Assembly: GCA_964016885.1 (NCBI GenBank)
Contig: OZ024761.1
Span: 3,720,001-3,784,000, forward strand
Reading direction: 5' to 3'
Length of the DNA stretch: 64,000 nucleotides
From: Eledone cirrhosa
Lineage: Eukaryota
A model generated the notes under the pieces. That model saw nothing but the letters and a program-made list of their open reading frames with translations. It was not told the DNA's origin and ran no database searches. A program made the translations under genes and the position numbers. Positions 61,501-64,000 of this stretch are shown here, piece after piece (the stretch's first letter is position 1; each line of letters begins with the position of its first letter).

Positions 61501-64000
61501 ATATGGTGTCTGGTGAGATATAGTGTCTGGTGAGATATGGTGACTGGTGTGATATAGTATCTGCTGTGATATGGTGTCTGGTGTGATATGGTGTCTGGTG
61601 GGATATGCTGTCTGGTGTGATATGGTGTCTGGTGAGATATGGTGTCTGGTGAGATATGGTGTCTGGTGAGATATGGTGTCTGGTGAGATATGGTGTCTGG
61701 TGTGATATAGTGTCTAGTTAGATATGGTGTCTGGTGAGATATAGTGTCTGGTGTGATATGGTGTCTGGTGAGATATAGTGTCTGTTGAGATATGGTGTCT
61801 GGTGAGATATGGTGTCTGGTGTGATGTGGTGTCTGGTGAGATATGGTGTCTGGTGTGATATGGTGTCTGGTGAGAAAGATATGGTGTCTAGTGTGATATA
61901 GTGTCTGGTTAGATATGGTGTCTGGTGTGATATGGTGTCTGGTGTGATATGGTGTCTAGTGAGATATGGTGTCTGGTGTGATATAGTGTCTGGTGAGATA
62001 TGGTGTCTGGTGAGATATGGAGTCTGGTGTGATATGGAGTCTGGTGTGATATGGAGTCTGGTGTGATATGGTGTCTGGTGTGATATGGTGTCTGGTGAGA
62101 TATGGTGTCTGGTGTGATATGGTGTCTGGTGTGATATGGTGTCTGGTGAGATATGGTGTCTAGTGAGATATGGTGTCTGGTGAGATAGATATGGTTTCTG
62201 GTGAGATATGGTGCCAGGTGTGATATGATGTCTGGTGAGATATGGTGTCTGGTGTGATATGGTGTCTGGTGAGATATGGTGTTTGGTGAGATAGATATGG
62301 TGTCTGGTGAGAAAGATATGGTGTCTAGTGTGATATAGTGTCTGGTTAGATATGGTGTCTGGTGTGATATGGTGTCTGGTGTGATATGGTGTCTAGTGAG
62401 ATATGGTGTCTGGTGTGATATAGTGTCTGGTGAGATATGGTGTCTGGTGAGATATGGAGTCTGGTGTGATATGGAGTCTGGTGTGATATGGTGTCTGGTG
62501 TGATATGGTGTCTGGTGAGATATGGTGTCTGGTGTGATATGGTGTCTGGTGTGATATGGTGTCTGGTGAGATATGGTGTCTAGTGAGATATGGTGTCTGG
62601 TGAGATAGATATGGTTTCTGGTGAGATATGGTGCCAGGTGTGATATGATGTCTGGTGAGATATGGTGTCTGGTGTGATATGGTGTCTGGTGAGATATGGT
62701 GTTTGGTGAGATAGATATGGTGTCTGGTGAGATATAGTGTCTGGTGAGATATAGTGTCTGGTGAGATATGGTGTCTGGTGTGATATGCTGTCTGGTGAGA
62801 TATAGTGTCTGGTGTGATATGGTGTCTGGTGTGATATGGTGTCTGGTGAGATATAGTGTCTGGTGTGATATAGTGTCTGGTGAGATATGGTGTCTGGTGT
62901 GATATGCTGTCTGGTGAGATATAGTGTCTGGTGTGATATGGTGTCTGGTGTGATATGGTGTCTGGTGAGATATAGTGTCTGGTGAGATATAGTGTCTGGT
63001 GAGATATGGTGTCTGGTGTGATATGCTGTCTGGTGAGATATAGTGTCTGGTGAGATATAATGTCTGGTGAGATATGGTGACTGGTGTGATATAGTATCTG
63101 CTGTGATATGGTGTCTGGTGAGATATGGTGTCTGGTGACATATGGTGTCTGGTGACATATAGTGAGTGGTGAGATATGGTGTCTGTTGTGATATACTGTC
63201 TGGTGGTGAGATAGATATGATGTCTGGTGTGATATGGTGTCTGGTAAGATATGGTGTCTGGTGAGATATAATGTCTGGTGTGATATAGTGTCTGGAGAGA
63301 TATTGTGTCTGGTGTGATATAGTGTCTGGTGAGATATAGTGTCTGGTGAGATATGGTTTCTGGTGAGATATGGTGTCTGTTGAGATATGGTGTCTGGTGT
63401 GAAATGGTGTCTGTTGAGATATGGTGTCCGGTGTGATATGGTGCCTTGTGAGCTATAGTGCCTGTGAGATATGGTGTCTGGTAAGATATGGTGTCTGGTG
63501 AGATAGATATGGTGTCTGGTGAGATACAGTGTCTGGTGAGATATAGTGTATGGTGTGATATGGTGTCTGGTGTGATATGGTGTCTGGTGAGATATAGTGT
63601 CTGGTGAGATATGGTGTCTGGTGAGATATGGTGTCTGGTGAGAAGTGGTGTCTGGTGTGATATAGTGTCTGGTGTGATATGGTGTCTGGAGAGATATGGT
63701 TTCTGGTGTGATATGGTGTCTGGTGAGATATGATGTCTGGTGAGATATGGTGTCTGGTGTGATAGATATTGTGTCTGGTGAGATATAGTGTCTGGTGTGA
63801 TATGGTGTTCGGTGCGATATAGTGTCTGGTGAGATATAGTGTCTGATGAGATATAATGTCTGGTGAGATAGATATGGTGTCTGGTGTGATATGGTGTCTG
63901 GTGAGATATAGTGACTGGTGAGATATGGTGTCTGGTGTGATATGGTGTCTGGTGTGATATGGTGTCTGGTGTGATATGGTGTCTGGTGAGAACAGTGTCT
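58565..64000. repeat. 17-bp satellite (gatat[g/a]gtgtctggtg[a/t]) with higher-order structure; runs off the window
   Basis: Variant markers recur at 420-bp and 2080-bp spacing. Confidence 0.97.

Overview
Eukaryotic, AT-rich and very repeat-rich DNA; the SINE/RTE-LINE repertoire suggests an octopus or other coleoid cephalopod (inference). The only host gene I can support is METTL16 (U6 snRNA/MAT2A m6A methyltransferase) on the + strand: 7 coding exons (268-589, 3680-3820, 5729-5981, 7160-7229, 14821-14910, 15983-16108, 28336-29223), all GT-AG and phase-consistent, 1890 nt = 629 aa plus stop. The rest is mini/microsatellites, RTE-type LINE fragments, tRNA-derived SINEs, a hAT MITE, piggyBac-type MITEs with internal arrays, non-autonomous Helitrons and Penelope-like element (PLE) remnants. 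All very long ORFs in the track are satellite artefacts. The most interesting unannotated signal is eight type I hammerhead ribozyme motifs read by eye (CUGANGA-stem II-GAAA-stem III-NUH-stem I). Some sit downstream of PLE GIY-YIG remnants. The others lie in two non-coding elements (16701-17230, monomer about 360 nt; 31513-32504, monomer 500 nt) built from inverted, circularly permuted arms. This is the pattern expected from reverse-transcribed circular or concatemeric ribozyme RNAs (retrozyme-like). One of these ribozymes is on the sense strand inside a METTL16 intron. No folding or database search was run; all family assignments come from motif recognition.
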